NCBI GenBank assembly: GCA_038087875.1
Contig: JAXLNO010000189.1
Coordinates: forward strand, 1 to 64,000
Reading direction: 5' to 3'
DNA length: 64,000 bases
DNA from: Malacoraja senta
Lineage: Eukaryota
This document shows, one piece after another, positions 52,167 through 64,000 of the stretch (position 1 is its first letter; each line of letters begins with the position of its first letter). Under the pieces are notes generated by a model. That model had not been told where the DNA came from and made no database searches. It was given only the letters and a program-made list of their open reading frames with translations. Made by a program: the position numbers and the translations under genes.

Positions 52167-52486
52167 TAGCCTTGTCCCACGGTGCGAGTTCATTCCAAGA
52201 GTTCTCCCGAGTTTAAAAAAAATGAAACTCATGGTAAGCGCGGAGAATGAACGTAGCGGGTACGTCGGAGCTCGGGGACGTCTCTTAGCGCTAACGGCAG
52301 ATACTCGGGAAGACTCGCTAATGGCAGGTAAGCACGGGAAGACTCAGGAAGATTTTTCAACATGATGAAAAATGTCGACGAGAGCCCCGAGTACCGACGA
52401 GTGGCCATTACCCTAAATCTCCGAGTTCGAATCAGGGCAAACTCGGGAGAACTCTTGGAATGAACTCGTACCGTGCAACAGGGGTT
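52167..52486. mobile_element. Harbinger-type MITE
   Basis: About 48-bp TIRs (..tgtcccacggtgcgagttcattccaagagttctcccgagttt / aaactcgggagaactcttggaatgaactcgtaccgtgcaaca..); TAA TSD at 52164-52166 and 52487-52489. Confidence 0.85.
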
Positions 52487-53436
52487 TAACTCTCTGTATT
52501 CACTCTGCAGGACCTCATCCCTTTTCCTACCAATGTCAGTTGTGCCAACATGCACAATGACTTCTGACTGCTCCCCCTCCCCCTTGAGAATGTCATCCAG
52601 CCGCAGGGAGATGTCCAGGACCCTTGCACCAGGAAGGCAACACACCATCCTGGAGTCTCATTTCCCGTCACAGAATCTCCTGCCTACCCCTCTACACTGA
52701 AGAGTCTTCTATCACTGTCTGACTTCATCTTTCCCCACTGTGCCTCAGATTCATGCCTGATGCCATAGACCTCCTGACTGCTGCTCTCCCTTAACTAGTC
52801 ACCCATAGGCATTGCCACCTAGCTATGTCCCATCTATGACCTCCTCAGTTTCCTGGATGATCCAGAGTTCATTCAACTGCTGCTCCAATTCCCCAACATG
52901 GTCTGTAAAGAGCTGTAAAGAGCTGTAGCTGGATGTACTCCCCACAGGGATACAGAAGTCTTCCTGACCTCCCATATGTAGGAAGAGCATGCAATTGCCG
53001 TAACTGCCATCTTCGGTGCACTCAGCCCACGAAAGAAAGATTAAGTCTGTACTATATCCCCCCCTATCACTTTCTATGCTGAAGCCTCACTTACCTTCCC
53101 GCCTGGCATTTACCCACCGCCTGACACTTGCCCTCCACATGGCCACTACCAAAAAGGCAGCTCCACAATCATCTGCCTTTCTTTTATTCATCTAATAGGA
53201 ACAGTCTATGCAAGATGCAAACTGCTTTCAGCCTGTCCAACTGAAAGTCACCTCATCTCGTTAACCATGTGGCTTCGGTAATTGTGTGGCCTTTATGAAA
53301 GCCCTGCTGTTCTGCTCCTTCTTTCACCATTTCCAACAGTTAACAAGGTGATTTAAGTTTCAGTGTTAATATACTACAAAGAGGAATTTTGATTCAGTCA
53401 TGTTTTACACATGATAAAATTCTTTACAGTGCCTAC

Positions 53437-53609
53437 CTCAAGAAGATTACTGATCTCTGGTATTAGACAGAAATTAAGTACATCTCCATAATCTCCATCG
53501 TAATCACAAAATCTTCTCATGTCTCCTGCTGTTCCCATGCAGTCGATTGTTGCAGTGGAATTAAAGCTTGTGGTGCCATAGACACGATCAGTGCATGGAA
53601 TTTCATTAT
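53437..53609 (-). CDS. ADGRF5: ADGRF5-like adhesion GPCR, coding exon (Cys-containing, hormone-receptor-like segment; most 5' exon found)
   Basis: Acceptor tctttctatag, donor GAG|gtaggc; 173 nt, phase 1 to 0; NEIPCTDRVYG...CMGTAGDMRRFC...FCLIPEISNLLE; in frame with the next exon. Confidence 0.8.
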
Positions 53610-54949
53610 CTATAGAAAGAAAAATCATATAACATTCCAGAAGATAAATAGTATAATTTCACTAAGCTTATGAGGTTATATTTGCTCCATGAGTACATTT
53701 GATTATTTGTGAATTACAAGAATAGGCTTCTGCAGAGTTGACTTAGTCTTGCCCACATTTTTTATATTCTGATGTTTAACTACCTAATGATTTCCACACG
53801 GACTTGTCTGGCAGTTTGTGATTAACTACGAATTGAGTTTCCACTTGAAACAAAACACTGGCAATCAGGTCTAAAGCTAGAATTGCCTTTCCATGCTTAA
53901 TCAATGTTCCAACTGATAGGGTGCTTGGGGGACTACATGTGCCAGGCTGCCTGCTTCAGCCATTGTAAACAGAAGCTTCTCTCACTAGTATATGGCAGGC
54001 ACCTGCACTTGGCATTACAACCAATGGAGAAAATTGGTGCTGACAGTAACATCCAGGTCTGGTGTGATAACTCCAACTATTGTGCTTCAAACATGGGGAG
54101 AAAGTAGGAACAGGGTACTGATCCTGGATGATCAGCCATGATCATATTGAATGATGGTGCTGGCTCAGGCTGAATGGCCTACTCCTGCACCTATTTTCTA
54201 TGTTTCTATCAGGGAAGCAAAAACAGCCATACATAATTTCTCGCCTAGAAATTCCTGATACCAAAGTAGAATGGAGTAGTGCCATTATGGCAAAGAAGAA
54301 AACCCATATGGCCCATCACGTCTATGCCAGTTCCATCAGGAGTGACCTGGGTCGTCCCATTCCTGCTCTATATCCATGGCTCTGCATTTATTTTCCTGAA
54401 GATCCTGTTTAATTTCACTTGCAAATTATTAAACATCCCTGCTTTATTATCATTTGTTACATTAAAAAAATTCTCCTCATGTCACCATTCTATCCCCTGT
54501 GTGGGATGATGCTGAGTTCAGCAGTGACCTCAGTGACAAGAAAGTTCAGGGGCGCAGTCCCTTGTCATCAGGGCACAAGTGAGATGTCGATGGTAATATC
54601 AGGCTTGCCCCGGCAGCTCAGTCCTGCTCTCAAAGGAGGAGGCGCTGGTAATCTCAGGCTTCCCCCTGCTGTTCGCCCTTGCCTCAGAGAGGAGCTGCTG
54701 GTGGTATCAGGCTTATCCTGGTGGCTCAGTCTTTGCTCTGTGTGTGAGCAGAGTTCTTCAGCAGGAAGAGGCACTGGCGTCTCAGGCTTGCCCCAACACT
54801 CATTCTTAACCTCAGAAGGGGCACAGGCTGCCAAGGCTTTCTCCCTGGCAGCCCAATCTTGACCACACAATGGTGCTGGTGGTCTCAGGTTTGCCTCAGT
54901 GGCTCAGCCTTCCTCAAACTGTGACAGTGAAACACAGCTAGCAGGGAGC

Positions 54950-55232
54950 CTCTCCCCTCTCCCCTCTCCCCTCTCCCCCTCTCCCCTCTCCCCTCTCCCC
55001 TCTCCCCTCTCCCCTCTCCCCTCTCCCCTCTCCCCTCTCCCCTCTCCCCTCTCCCCTCTCCCCTCTCCCCTCTCCCCTCTCCCCTCTCCCCTCTCCCCTC
55101 TCCCCTCTCCCCTCTCCCCTCTCCCCTCTCCCCTCTCCCCTCTCCCCTCTCCCCTCTCCCCTCTCCCCTCTCCCCTCTCCCCTCTCCCCTCTCCCCTCTC
55201 CCCTCTCCCCTCTCCCCTCTCCCCTCTCCCCT
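54950..55232. repeat. Heptamer tandem repeat (CTCCCCT)n, about 40 copies
   Basis: Near-perfect pure pyrimidine/purine array. Confidence 0.97.
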
Positions 55233-55326
55233 GGCTGGACTGCCTTGGTTTTATAAGGAGTAGGCTGATATGATTCAGGTGTACCGAGGGAGGAGGTACC
55301 ATCACACATGCCAAAAGACTGGAATC

Positions 55327-55992
55327 TAGTGCCCTCCATAATGTTTGGGACAAAGACCCATCATTTATTCATTTGCCTCTGTACTGCACAATTTGAGATT
55401 TGTAATAGAAAAAAATCACATGTGGTTAAAGTGCACATTGCCAGATTTTAATAAATTTTGGTTTCACCATGTTTTAGCTAAAGCAACAACGGAGTTTTTC
55501 AAAGCTAAAAAATATTGAATTCTTGAGTGGCCAAGATCTGAACCCAATTGAGCATCCCTTTTATCTGCTGAAGAGAAAACTGAAGGGGACTAACCCCCAA
55601 AACAAGCATAAGCTAAAGATGGATGCAATACCGGCCTGGCAGAGCATCATCAGAGAAGACCCCCGACAACTGGAGATGTCCATGAATCACAGACTTCAAG
55701 CAGTCATTGCATCCAAGGGAATGCAACACAATACTAAACATGACTACTTTCATTTATATGACATGCTGTGTCCCAAACATTATGGTGCCCTGAAATGGGG
55801 GGACTATGTATAAACACAGCTGTAATTTCTACATGGTGAAACCAAAATGCATAAAAATGGCCTTTATTAAAATTTGACAATGTGCTCTTTAAACACATGT
55901 GATTTTGTTTCTATTACTAATCTCAAATTGTGGAGTACAGAGGCAAATAAATAAATGATGGGTCTTAATCCCAAACATTATGGAGGGCACTG
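55327..55992 (+). mobile_element. Internally deleted Tc1/mariner transposon
   Basis: Long TIRs (agtgccctccataatgtttggga... / ...tcccaaacattatggagggcactg + TA); transposase remnant DLNPIEH. Confidence 0.9.
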
Positions 55993-56540
55993 TATATCCT
56001 CTAGTTTTTGTTGTAACAGCTTTTCTTTGTCTACCTTATTCAAACCTGCCTTAATATTATGTACATCAAGCTACATCTCCCCATAGCGTTCCTTATTCCA
56101 GAAGAACCTCTGCATTCTCTTCAATCTGACTCACACTTGATCATGAGTATTAAAAACAAAGCTGTGTCCTTCACACCTGTTCCACATTCAATAAGATAAT
56201 TGCTGAACCGATTATACCCTCAACTCTGCTACAACTAGGTATGCAAAACAAAGAGCCAATACTAAGGCTCACATCAACCAAGAATGCTTTCTGTAAACCA
56301 TGTAAAGATATAAAACCAGAACATTTAGACTGGTTTTAGTATTTTTTCTTACATGCTAATTTTTTTAACTATTTGTGCATTCATAATTTCTTGACACCCA
56401 ATGTGAATCCTAAGTGCTTACATTTTTGATTGTGCAATGGGTTCGTATCTCAGACAAAGTAGCATTCTGTTATTTCAATGCACACACTATCACTTTATTT
56501 CTAGTAGTACTTTATTATCCAACACTGAGAATATCAACAT

Positions 56541-59500
56541 TGTAGGAGTCATTAAGCTTAAGTCAGTTTATTATAGTCATGTCTGGATACCTTTAATTCG
56601 TGTCTGTGTGTATGCTTGTAGGTGGAATTTAATACATAGAGGGGTGTGGCTATATCTGAAGGGGCTAGCGCAGGCTCGTTAATTTAGTTTCAGTTTACCT
56701 CATGGGATTGTGTGAATAACAGTTTTCACCATGAGCTGAGCTGAGAGCTATGAGTCATGGACATGATTATGGGCTTAGAGCAAGTTTTCGATATGATTGG
56801 AACAGCTATGAAGAACGGAAAGTGATGGACTATATCATTGTTTTGTATTACTTCAATAAAAAACAAAAGAATCAAGACTGGAACTTATTTTTACTATCAG
56901 AGGGAGCTTGGTGAGTGTGTGAACTATATCTCCACAACATCCTACGAGAAGTTATGACCATCAAGGTTGGACCTTGAGAATGTTAGTAAGACTGCCATTA
57001 TATTAAGTGAAAACTGTTTCTATGAGTGGAGTAAGTGAAGGATTGTTACTCTACGAGTCAGAAGGACTAGTTCCAAGAGAGGAACTGAAGAAGAAGCTGA
57101 ATCTCTGCAAGAGATTAGAACTTGGATCCTGGATCAAGGAATCTACCAGCCAGCAGTCAGAAGCTTGTTTATAGTAGTTTAAAGATAAAGCAGCCATGAC
57201 CTTGGAAATAACGATGTTTTGAACTTTGATAAGATAAGACGTGCTCAGTAATGATTGTTTTGAAGAAGCGGAACAGGCTATTTTAAACTTGTATAACGAT
57301 CTGGCAGTCAGCCAAGGATACACCAAGTCATGGAGCCACGGACAGGTAAGTACAAAGAATCGCCACCAGAGGGAGGTGTGAAGTCTTGAGGTTGGGACAC
57401 TGTGGGTTAAATTACTATTTGTGCATTGTAGGGAAACATGTTTCTGGCTTGTGTGAATGTGGGAGTAATGAGACAGTTAAGCATGTTTTCCTAGAATGTA
57501 AAAAGTATAGGGTAGAAAGAAAAGTATTATTTGTTAGACTGACAGGACTTGGAGTTGAGGCTTTTTCTGTTTTATCTTTGTTTGGACACAATGAGAAACA
57601 TCAACTGATATCCAGGGCTGTTCTTCAATTCCTGCAAGTTACAGGACTGTATGTAAGAATTTAGTTCAAACTTTGACCTGTGGAGGGCAGTAATACGCTT
57701 AGCAGCGTCTACACTGCCGGAATCCTACAAGAAGAAGAAGAAGAAGAGGTGTGAAGTCAGGATCCAGAGAATGTGGAAAAAGAATTATCACCAGAACTGA
57801 GAAAGGAGAAGCAGCCCACCTGGAAAGATGCAAGCAGAAGAGAAACAAGTTATGGAAGAAGTTTATTGTCAGTTTAACACCAGAGGGATCTAATGAACTC
57901 AGAGGAGAATGCGAGCAAAGTACAATCTAATCTGGATCAATTATTCAACCATGAGGTTGGAGAAAAGCAAAACTTAATATGGAGTTTAGAACTGCCTGAG
58001 GATGAACATAGAAGGCAAACTCAGTGGCTTCAAGAGAAGACAAATATTGTCGATGGTTTCATGGAAGAAGCGGAGAAGTGGTTGTCGGTTGTCGCAGCAC
58101 AAACAATGCGCTCTACGCTGGGGGACGCTAAGCAACAAGGTGTTGAAATGGGAGATGAAATTAGACCCCAAGATAGTGCCTCGAATGTCGCAACACGAAG
58201 ATCAGGACATGAATCTGGTTCTGTAACCAGTTCAAGTACAAGGGTCTCTGCTCAAATGGAAGTGGAAGCTGAGGTAGCTGCTCTCTCACTACAAACTGTC
58301 GCCTTGGAGAAAAAACATAGGATTGAGGAACAGGAGGAACAGCTGAGGACAGAGAAGGAACAGATGGAAATGGCCGCGAAGTTGGCAGTTGCCAAGACGA
58401 AGAAGGAGGCTCTGGAAACTCAGGGTTCTAGATGCGGCTTAAGAGTATCTCAGAAGAAGAGTTCCTTAGTCCAAGAAGGAGCTGCTAAGCTGGAAATAGC
58501 AGCAAAATTAAATCTAGTGCCAGAGAATATCTGGCATGACTCAGAACTATCACTGAGTAAGTGGATAGGCGACAAAACTTAATTTAAACAACCAGGTGCT
58601 AGACCGAAGCAAATAACTTATGGGCCGTCTGTTGAGACTCGTGACAAGCCAGCAACTCAGCACTCTTCTCAGAGGCCTAATACGCAGGCTCAAGCGAGCC
58701 AAGATTGGCGGATGTCTGTTCACCATCCATTTGCGCCCAACCATGGATTTTAAAGTGAAATCTGTGACTTCGTGAGGAATCAAATGAGAATTAGCGAATC
58801 TCCAGCTCAAAATAATATCGCTTCCACTTTACCTCCGATGGAAATTCCTAAGTTCAACGGTGATCCTTTGCGATATGAAACGTTTATAGACCAATTCGTG
58901 GAAGCAGTGGAAATGATTACTAATGAAAGAGATCGCTTTCTGGAGTATCACACGTGGATATTCTAAGCAGCTTGTTGGATGTTGTCGAAATTTGCCTGCA
59001 CATGAGGGCTATCAAGTGGCAAGAGAATTGCTTAAAGAACATTATGGTAACAAACACCAGATTGCTAATGCATACATGAAGAAGGCCTATGCCTGGACAG
59101 GTATCAAGGCAGAAGATGCAAAGGCATTGCATGAGTTCATGATACTTCGTAAAAGTTGTAGCTTGATGAAACATGTTAGTAATATGAAGACTATCATTCT
59201 AAAACTGCCCTTTAGGCTTAGAGAAAAGTGGATGGATAAAGCAGGTCTGATACAGGAAGATGAGGATCGAGAGGCCATGCTTCCTGATCTGGTGAATTTC
59301 ATGGAAAGGGAAGTACAGTTAATGTCAAATTTACGCCGTGGGTGTATTCAAGATCCTAAATCAGCAACTGTCAAAGGTTCTACTTTTACTAAAACAAAAG
59401 GAAGATCAGGACTCAAGGAAAGTAGTTTTGCTACCGCCGTAATACCTGTAGAAACGAAAGGCTGAATGAAAGGAGATGCATCTACTATAAAGCCAAAAGA

Positions 59501-61152
59501 GTTCTGTTTGTCATGTAATGAAGTTGGTCACACCATAAGGTGGTGTCTAAATTTAAGAAGAAGGGATATAAAAAAAAGATGGACTTCTTAAAGGAGAAGG
59601 GATTCTGCTTTGGATGTTTGAAGAAAGGACAAATGGCTAGAGACTGCAATCTTGATTGCACTTACTACATAACTTGTAGTAAGTGCAATCAAGATCATCC
59701 TGAATTACTTCATACTGTACAGAAGAATACGGAAAAGCCACCGGAGCAAATAGAACAGAAGGAGAAGTCAGCTACCAGTGATGCTGTTACCTCACCTCAG
59801 ATAATTACGTATATTGGGGCCGAGGTAGAAACCTGTATTTTCTCCATCTTACCAGTGAAAGTAAGGAGCAGCAAGGGGAATACAGTGTTGCAAACATATG
59901 CAATTTGAGATCATGGGTGCTTGGCTACCTTTTGCACAGAAAGCTTGATGAGAGGGCTGGACATCACAGGAGAAAAGATTAAGATTTTCTCGCGTACCAT
60001 TAATGAGGAGAAATGTTGTAATAGTCATCATATTACAGGCATGGAAATATCTAGTCTGGATGAAGACAATTTCATACAACTATCTGATGTGTTTACACAT
60101 GAGACCATGCCTGTTTCTCATCTAAACATACCCAAGCAAAAAGACTTGAAACAATGGCCTTACTTGAAGGATGTCAAAATACCTAAAATAAATTTTGGTT
60201 TTGACCTACTTACAGTACCTGAACAAATGCTTTGAAGGCATTGGAACCTAAAGGGGTTGTCAGCAGTCAAGGGGGCAGACCATTTGCTGTGAGAACCTTA
60301 CTCAGATGGGTTATCTATGGCTCCTTGAGAGGGAACAACAGAAGCAGGAACCAAAATAACCACCCTGCTGCTGCTGTCAATCAAATATCTATCGTTGAAT
60401 TAGAAGAGCTATTGATCAAGCAATACAATCATGACTTCAATGAAAGTACTAGTAAGGAATCAGAAGAGATGTCCAGAGAAGAGTTAAAGTTCTTGGATGC
60501 TATGAACCATTCAGTAAAGATGATAGAAGGACATTTCAAACAAGAAAGTGTTAGTCTGCCGAATAATCATCACATTGCAGAGCAACGAACCCAGAATCTG
60601 AAACGCAAGTTTGGCAAGAAGGCAAAATGTCATGATGAATATACATCTTTCCCAAAGGACATGATTGTCAATGATTATGCCAAAATGGTACCAACAAAAC
60701 AGCTAAATAGAAGTGATGGAGAGTTTTGGTATATTCCACATCATGGGGTGTATCACTCTAAGAAAGGGACCTTGAGGGTGGTCTTTGACTGTGCTGCAGT
60801 CTTCAAAGGAGCATCACTTAATTGTCAACTACTACAGGGTCCGGACCTTACTAACTCACTCATTGGAGTTCTTATTAAATTCAGAGAAGAACGGGTTGCT
60901 GATGGCTGATATTAAAGCGAAGTTTCATCAAGTCAAAGTATCAGAAAAGCATATTGACTATTTGCGATTCCTATGGTGGCCTGATGGTGATGTACAACAA
61001 GATCTCGTTGCATATCGGATGAAGGTACATCTCTTTGGAGCGGTGTCATCACCAAGTCCAAACTTTGCATTGTGAAAGACCGCCGAGGACAATAAAGCTC
61101 ACTTTCCAGAAGAAGTGACAAACACAGTAAAGAATAATTTCTATGTGGATTA
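56541..61152 (+). mobile_element. BEL/Pao LTR retrotransposon, 3' truncated
   Basis: Putative 5' LTR from TGTAGG at 56541 (boundary uncertain); IRPQDSAS, LPPMEIPKFNGDP, Cys/His knuckles CFGCLK..C..CSKC...H...LH, RT YIPHHGV..RVVFDCAA..GPDLTNSL..FGAVSSPS..NFYVD; no RNase H, integrase or 3' LTR. Confidence 0.9.
57386..57745 (+). mobile_element. I/Nimb-like LINE 3' end inserted in BEL
   Basis: RLGHCGLN...CECGSNETVKHVFLEC zinc finger; (AAG)n tail; perfect 13-bp TSD gaggtgtgaagtc at 57373-57385 and 57746-57758. Confidence 0.85.
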
Positions 61153-61203
61153 TTACATTTTACCCTTTAAACAGTTCGCATTAAATTCAATTACTATTAC
61201 TAT

Positions 61204-62040
61204 TATTTGATTTGATATTGATTTTGATTCAATTTATTGTCATTGCACTTTTCAGTGCAACGAAATGGTTTAGCCTGCAGTCATAACATAGAATAAATAA
61301 CAAAAACACACACTCAACACAGTTTAACATCCACCACAATGAGTCCACCAGGCACCTCCTCACTGTGATGGAAGGCAAAAAGTCCCAAAGTCCATGTCTC
61401 TTCCCTCCTTGCTCTCCCTCTGCACTGAGGCGATCCAGGCCTCCGATGTTGTGACCCCGCCGGGTGATGATAAGTAAGTCCCGCGGCTGAATCCGAACGG
61501 GCCGGTTCAAACTCCGCGGACCAGGGCGGTCGAAGCTGCCGAAGCTGCCGCCCTCCAGTCCAGCGGACGCAGCTGTTGTTGCGGGAGCTACGGAAAAACA
61601 GGTCACCAACCTGTGACCTGCGAGCTCCCGACGATGTCATCCACTGGCCCTCGTCGAGCCTCCGAGGCTCCGAAGTCGGGTCGGAAGTCGGGTCGCAACG
61701 CCACCACAGCCCCGAAGTCGGCCAGCCCCACGCTGGCAAGTCCCGGCTGGCTCTGCCTCCCTAGCCCCGAGGTCGGTCACAGTTGGAGGCTGCCAGCTCC
61801 GCGATAGGCCTCAGCGCAGACGGAGACGGAGACGGGGGATACGGCAAGAAAGGTCGCACCCACCCCGAAGGAAGAGCCAAAAAACATGCTTCTCCCACCC
61901 CCCCACACATACACAACTAAAATAAACCAAAACAAACCGCAACAATGGGACAAAAGAAAACACAAAATAAAAGACAAACGGACTGCAGGCGAGCCGCAGC
62001 TGCAAGGCAGCGCCGCCACTTCCGGAAGTGGCTATGTTAA
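61204..62040 (-). mobile_element. GC-rich non-autonomous retroelement
   Basis: 29-bp direct repeat ttcgcattaaattcaattactattactat at 61175-61203 and 62041-62069; aataaa plus degenerate repeat tail; shares motifs with 21582-22493. Confidence 0.7.
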
Positions 62041-62069
62041 TTCGCATTAAATTCAATTACTATTACTAT

Positions 62070-63592
62070 GTTAATTCAGTTGTTTCTGTGTTAGTATAGG
62101 ATTAGTATAGGGTTAAAATTTTGAAAGACTTTAATTCAAAAAAATTATTTTCAACTCTGTTTGTATCACGTTCTCCATTCAGCCACGCACTTGTTATTCC
62201 ATCTTTCACTCAAATTGGAACAAAAAATGTCCTTGAAAGATAAAATGTCTAGAAGCCAGCACATGGAGAAGCTCCGCCATCTTAGTCTTTTTAAAAAGTC
62301 ATCTTTATCAGCTTCCCCTCTGCCGATATCTGTGGAATAAAAGCCTTGTCTTTGCAGACGTGATGATGTGCTTAATCAGCTATCTCTTTTAAAATGTCTT
62401 GAGCGTGTTTGTAAGCTGCCTCTGGTTCGATGAAGTTCGATACCATTGTAGGTGATCCTCATTTTAGCCGGATATATGATCCCATATCTGATCTTTTGAT
62501 TTCCTTTCAAGATCTGTCGTGTATTTGAAAACAATTCTCGTTTTTTGGCGATTTCATAAGGATAATCTCTGAATAGTTTGATGGTATCAGACCCAAACAT
62601 CATATTCTTTCCGTATTGGATTTTTTTCATAACATCTTCCAAAGCTGAAATGTCACGAAATTTCACAATAATCTGTCGTGGGGAGGCTCCTGACTTTGAT
62701 TGTGCTCTTGATTTTGCTCTTTGCACCCGATGTGCCACTTCTATTTTCGGTTCGACAGACAGGTCGAGTATATGTTTAAGTAAGTTGGGAGCGAACTCAC
62801 GAGGCTCACTCCCCTCCTTTCCCTCTGTCACTCCAACTATTCTTAAATTCTGCCGTCTTTAACGTGCTTCCAAATCAAGGCATTTGTCAGACATTTTAGC
62901 CAACTGCCCCACGACACGCTCCTGATCCTTCTTCATTCTCTGCATATCTTCAGACATTTGTACCATAGCTGATTCCATATCTTTCATAGCAGTCCGATAT
63001 GATGTAACAGTTTGGAGAACAGAATCAAACTTATTCGTGCAATCTTCTTCCACCCGATCAATTTTCACAGTTAATGCACCTTGCACATCATCAATTCGTT
63101 TATTTAAATTGACAATTGAATCAATAACTTTCTGATTCCCAATGGTCATGCTCTCCAACATACTTTTATTCCCAGCCAGAATCTCAATTTTTAAGTCTCT
63201 TACCAAGTTCTTTATATCCTCCAACTCTTTATCATTTGTAGCCTTTTCAGCCATTTAAGCCTTTGCCCTTGTAGCCATTTCAGAGGCTAATTCAGAAGTT
63301 AATTCTTCAGATTCTTCAGTTTCTTCAGATGTTGGCTGATTTTTCAAAAGACGTTTTGTGACAGATCTCTGAGGGCTTTGGCCAGGAATCACTTTTTTCA
63401 TTTAAAAGTACTTTAAACCACCGTTATTTTTGCGGCGATTTCTCATGATGTCATCAGCGCGACGTCAAACAGCTCCGGTAAGTTTTTCAAATCGGTCCCG
63501 TCTTCCAAACCGTTTTTTTACGCGAAATATCGCTAATTTCGGGAGCGGAGCTAAATGCTGCGCATGTTCAGTGTATCATGGCGCCACCGGAA
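62070..63592 (-). mobile_element. L1 LINE 5' part (5' UTR + frameshifted ORF1)
   Basis: Coiled coil then LEAR..RQNLRIVGV.EG, IEVAHR, PRQIIVKF, YPAKMRI (L1 ORF1p motifs) over 62376-63254; GC-rich start ttccggtggcgccatg; ORF2 absent. Confidence 0.85.
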
Positions 63593-63896
63593 TTCATTGT
63601 ACCATTATATTGAACCATTATATTGATTGACCCCCCGGGGAGGGGGAAGGGGGGGGCTAAATATAAGGAAATAGATTAATAACAGACTAAAAAAAACGAA
63701 TTCGATAATATACTAGGCTTCAGTTCCAGTTATGCTTGGGAGGAGGTGAGGAGATTCAGAACCTTGGCAAACAGCCAGGAGTCTGACTCTGGTTAACCCC
63801 TTCCAACCAGCAGGTGATTATTACTGGGGGGAGCTAATGTAAAATCTGTTAGCATCGGTAAATGGTAGATAAGTTGAAGACTTATTTAGATAAGAC

Positions 63897-63901
<5 letters not shown>

Positions 63902-63951
<50 letters not shown>
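63902..63951. repeat. (TA)n microsatellite
   Basis: About 25 TA units. Confidence 0.98.
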
Positions 63952-63952
<1 letters not shown>

Positions 63953-64000
63953 TGTAATTGTGATATATATAACTCGGCTTTGAATTTTTGCAAGATTTTT

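Larger units (their letters stand above)
47893..53090 (-). mobile_element. Old, partly deleted CR1 (ORF1 esterase, endonuclease and RT remnants) hosting nested insertions
   Basis: ORF1 SGNH-esterase-like CLPGARVLDI...VHVGTTDIG (52490-52650); DFNFPNIDW-like remnant near 51075-51100; RT end FSDDTK..EFNTEKCEV (48496-48854); 5' boundary approximate. Confidence 0.7.

Noticed and set aside
54899..55353. Repetitive SPLP / GERGEGR ORFs
   Set aside because: Translations of the heptamer tandem repeat.
62376..63254. L1TD1-like domesticated gene
   Set aside because: Frameshifted near 62860 and preceded by an L1-type 5' UTR; ordinary decayed ORF1.

Overview
Eukaryotic, repeat-dense vertebrate genomic DNA. 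The repeat content (HE1/V-SINE-like SINEs, abundant CR1, Penelope) suggests a cartilaginous fish such as a skate or ray; this is an inference. One host gene is visible: the 3' seven coding exons (about 650 codons, minus strand, 28611-53609) of an ADGRF-subfamily adhesion GPCR, most like ADGRF5/GPR116, with an intact GPS/Stachel and 7TM. Its 5' exons were not found and probably lie beyond the window. The rest is nested transposon debris: a full-length decayed Tx1-clade LINE inside a Harbinger-type MITE, two Gypsy LTR elements, a truncated BEL/Pao, CR1, Rex1-like, Penelope, L1 ORF1, Tc1 and Helitron-like elements. The most notable signals are RNA-structural. (i) A 140-bp TSD-flanked retroposon begins with a 54-nt minimal HDV-like ribozyme fold whose catalytic C is mutated in this copy. 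(ii) Penelope-derived minimal hammerhead motifs recur, including a head-to-head double-hammerhead palindrome that appears to travel as cargo in a DNA-transposon MITE family. No prokaryotic-type system (CRISPR etc.) is present.
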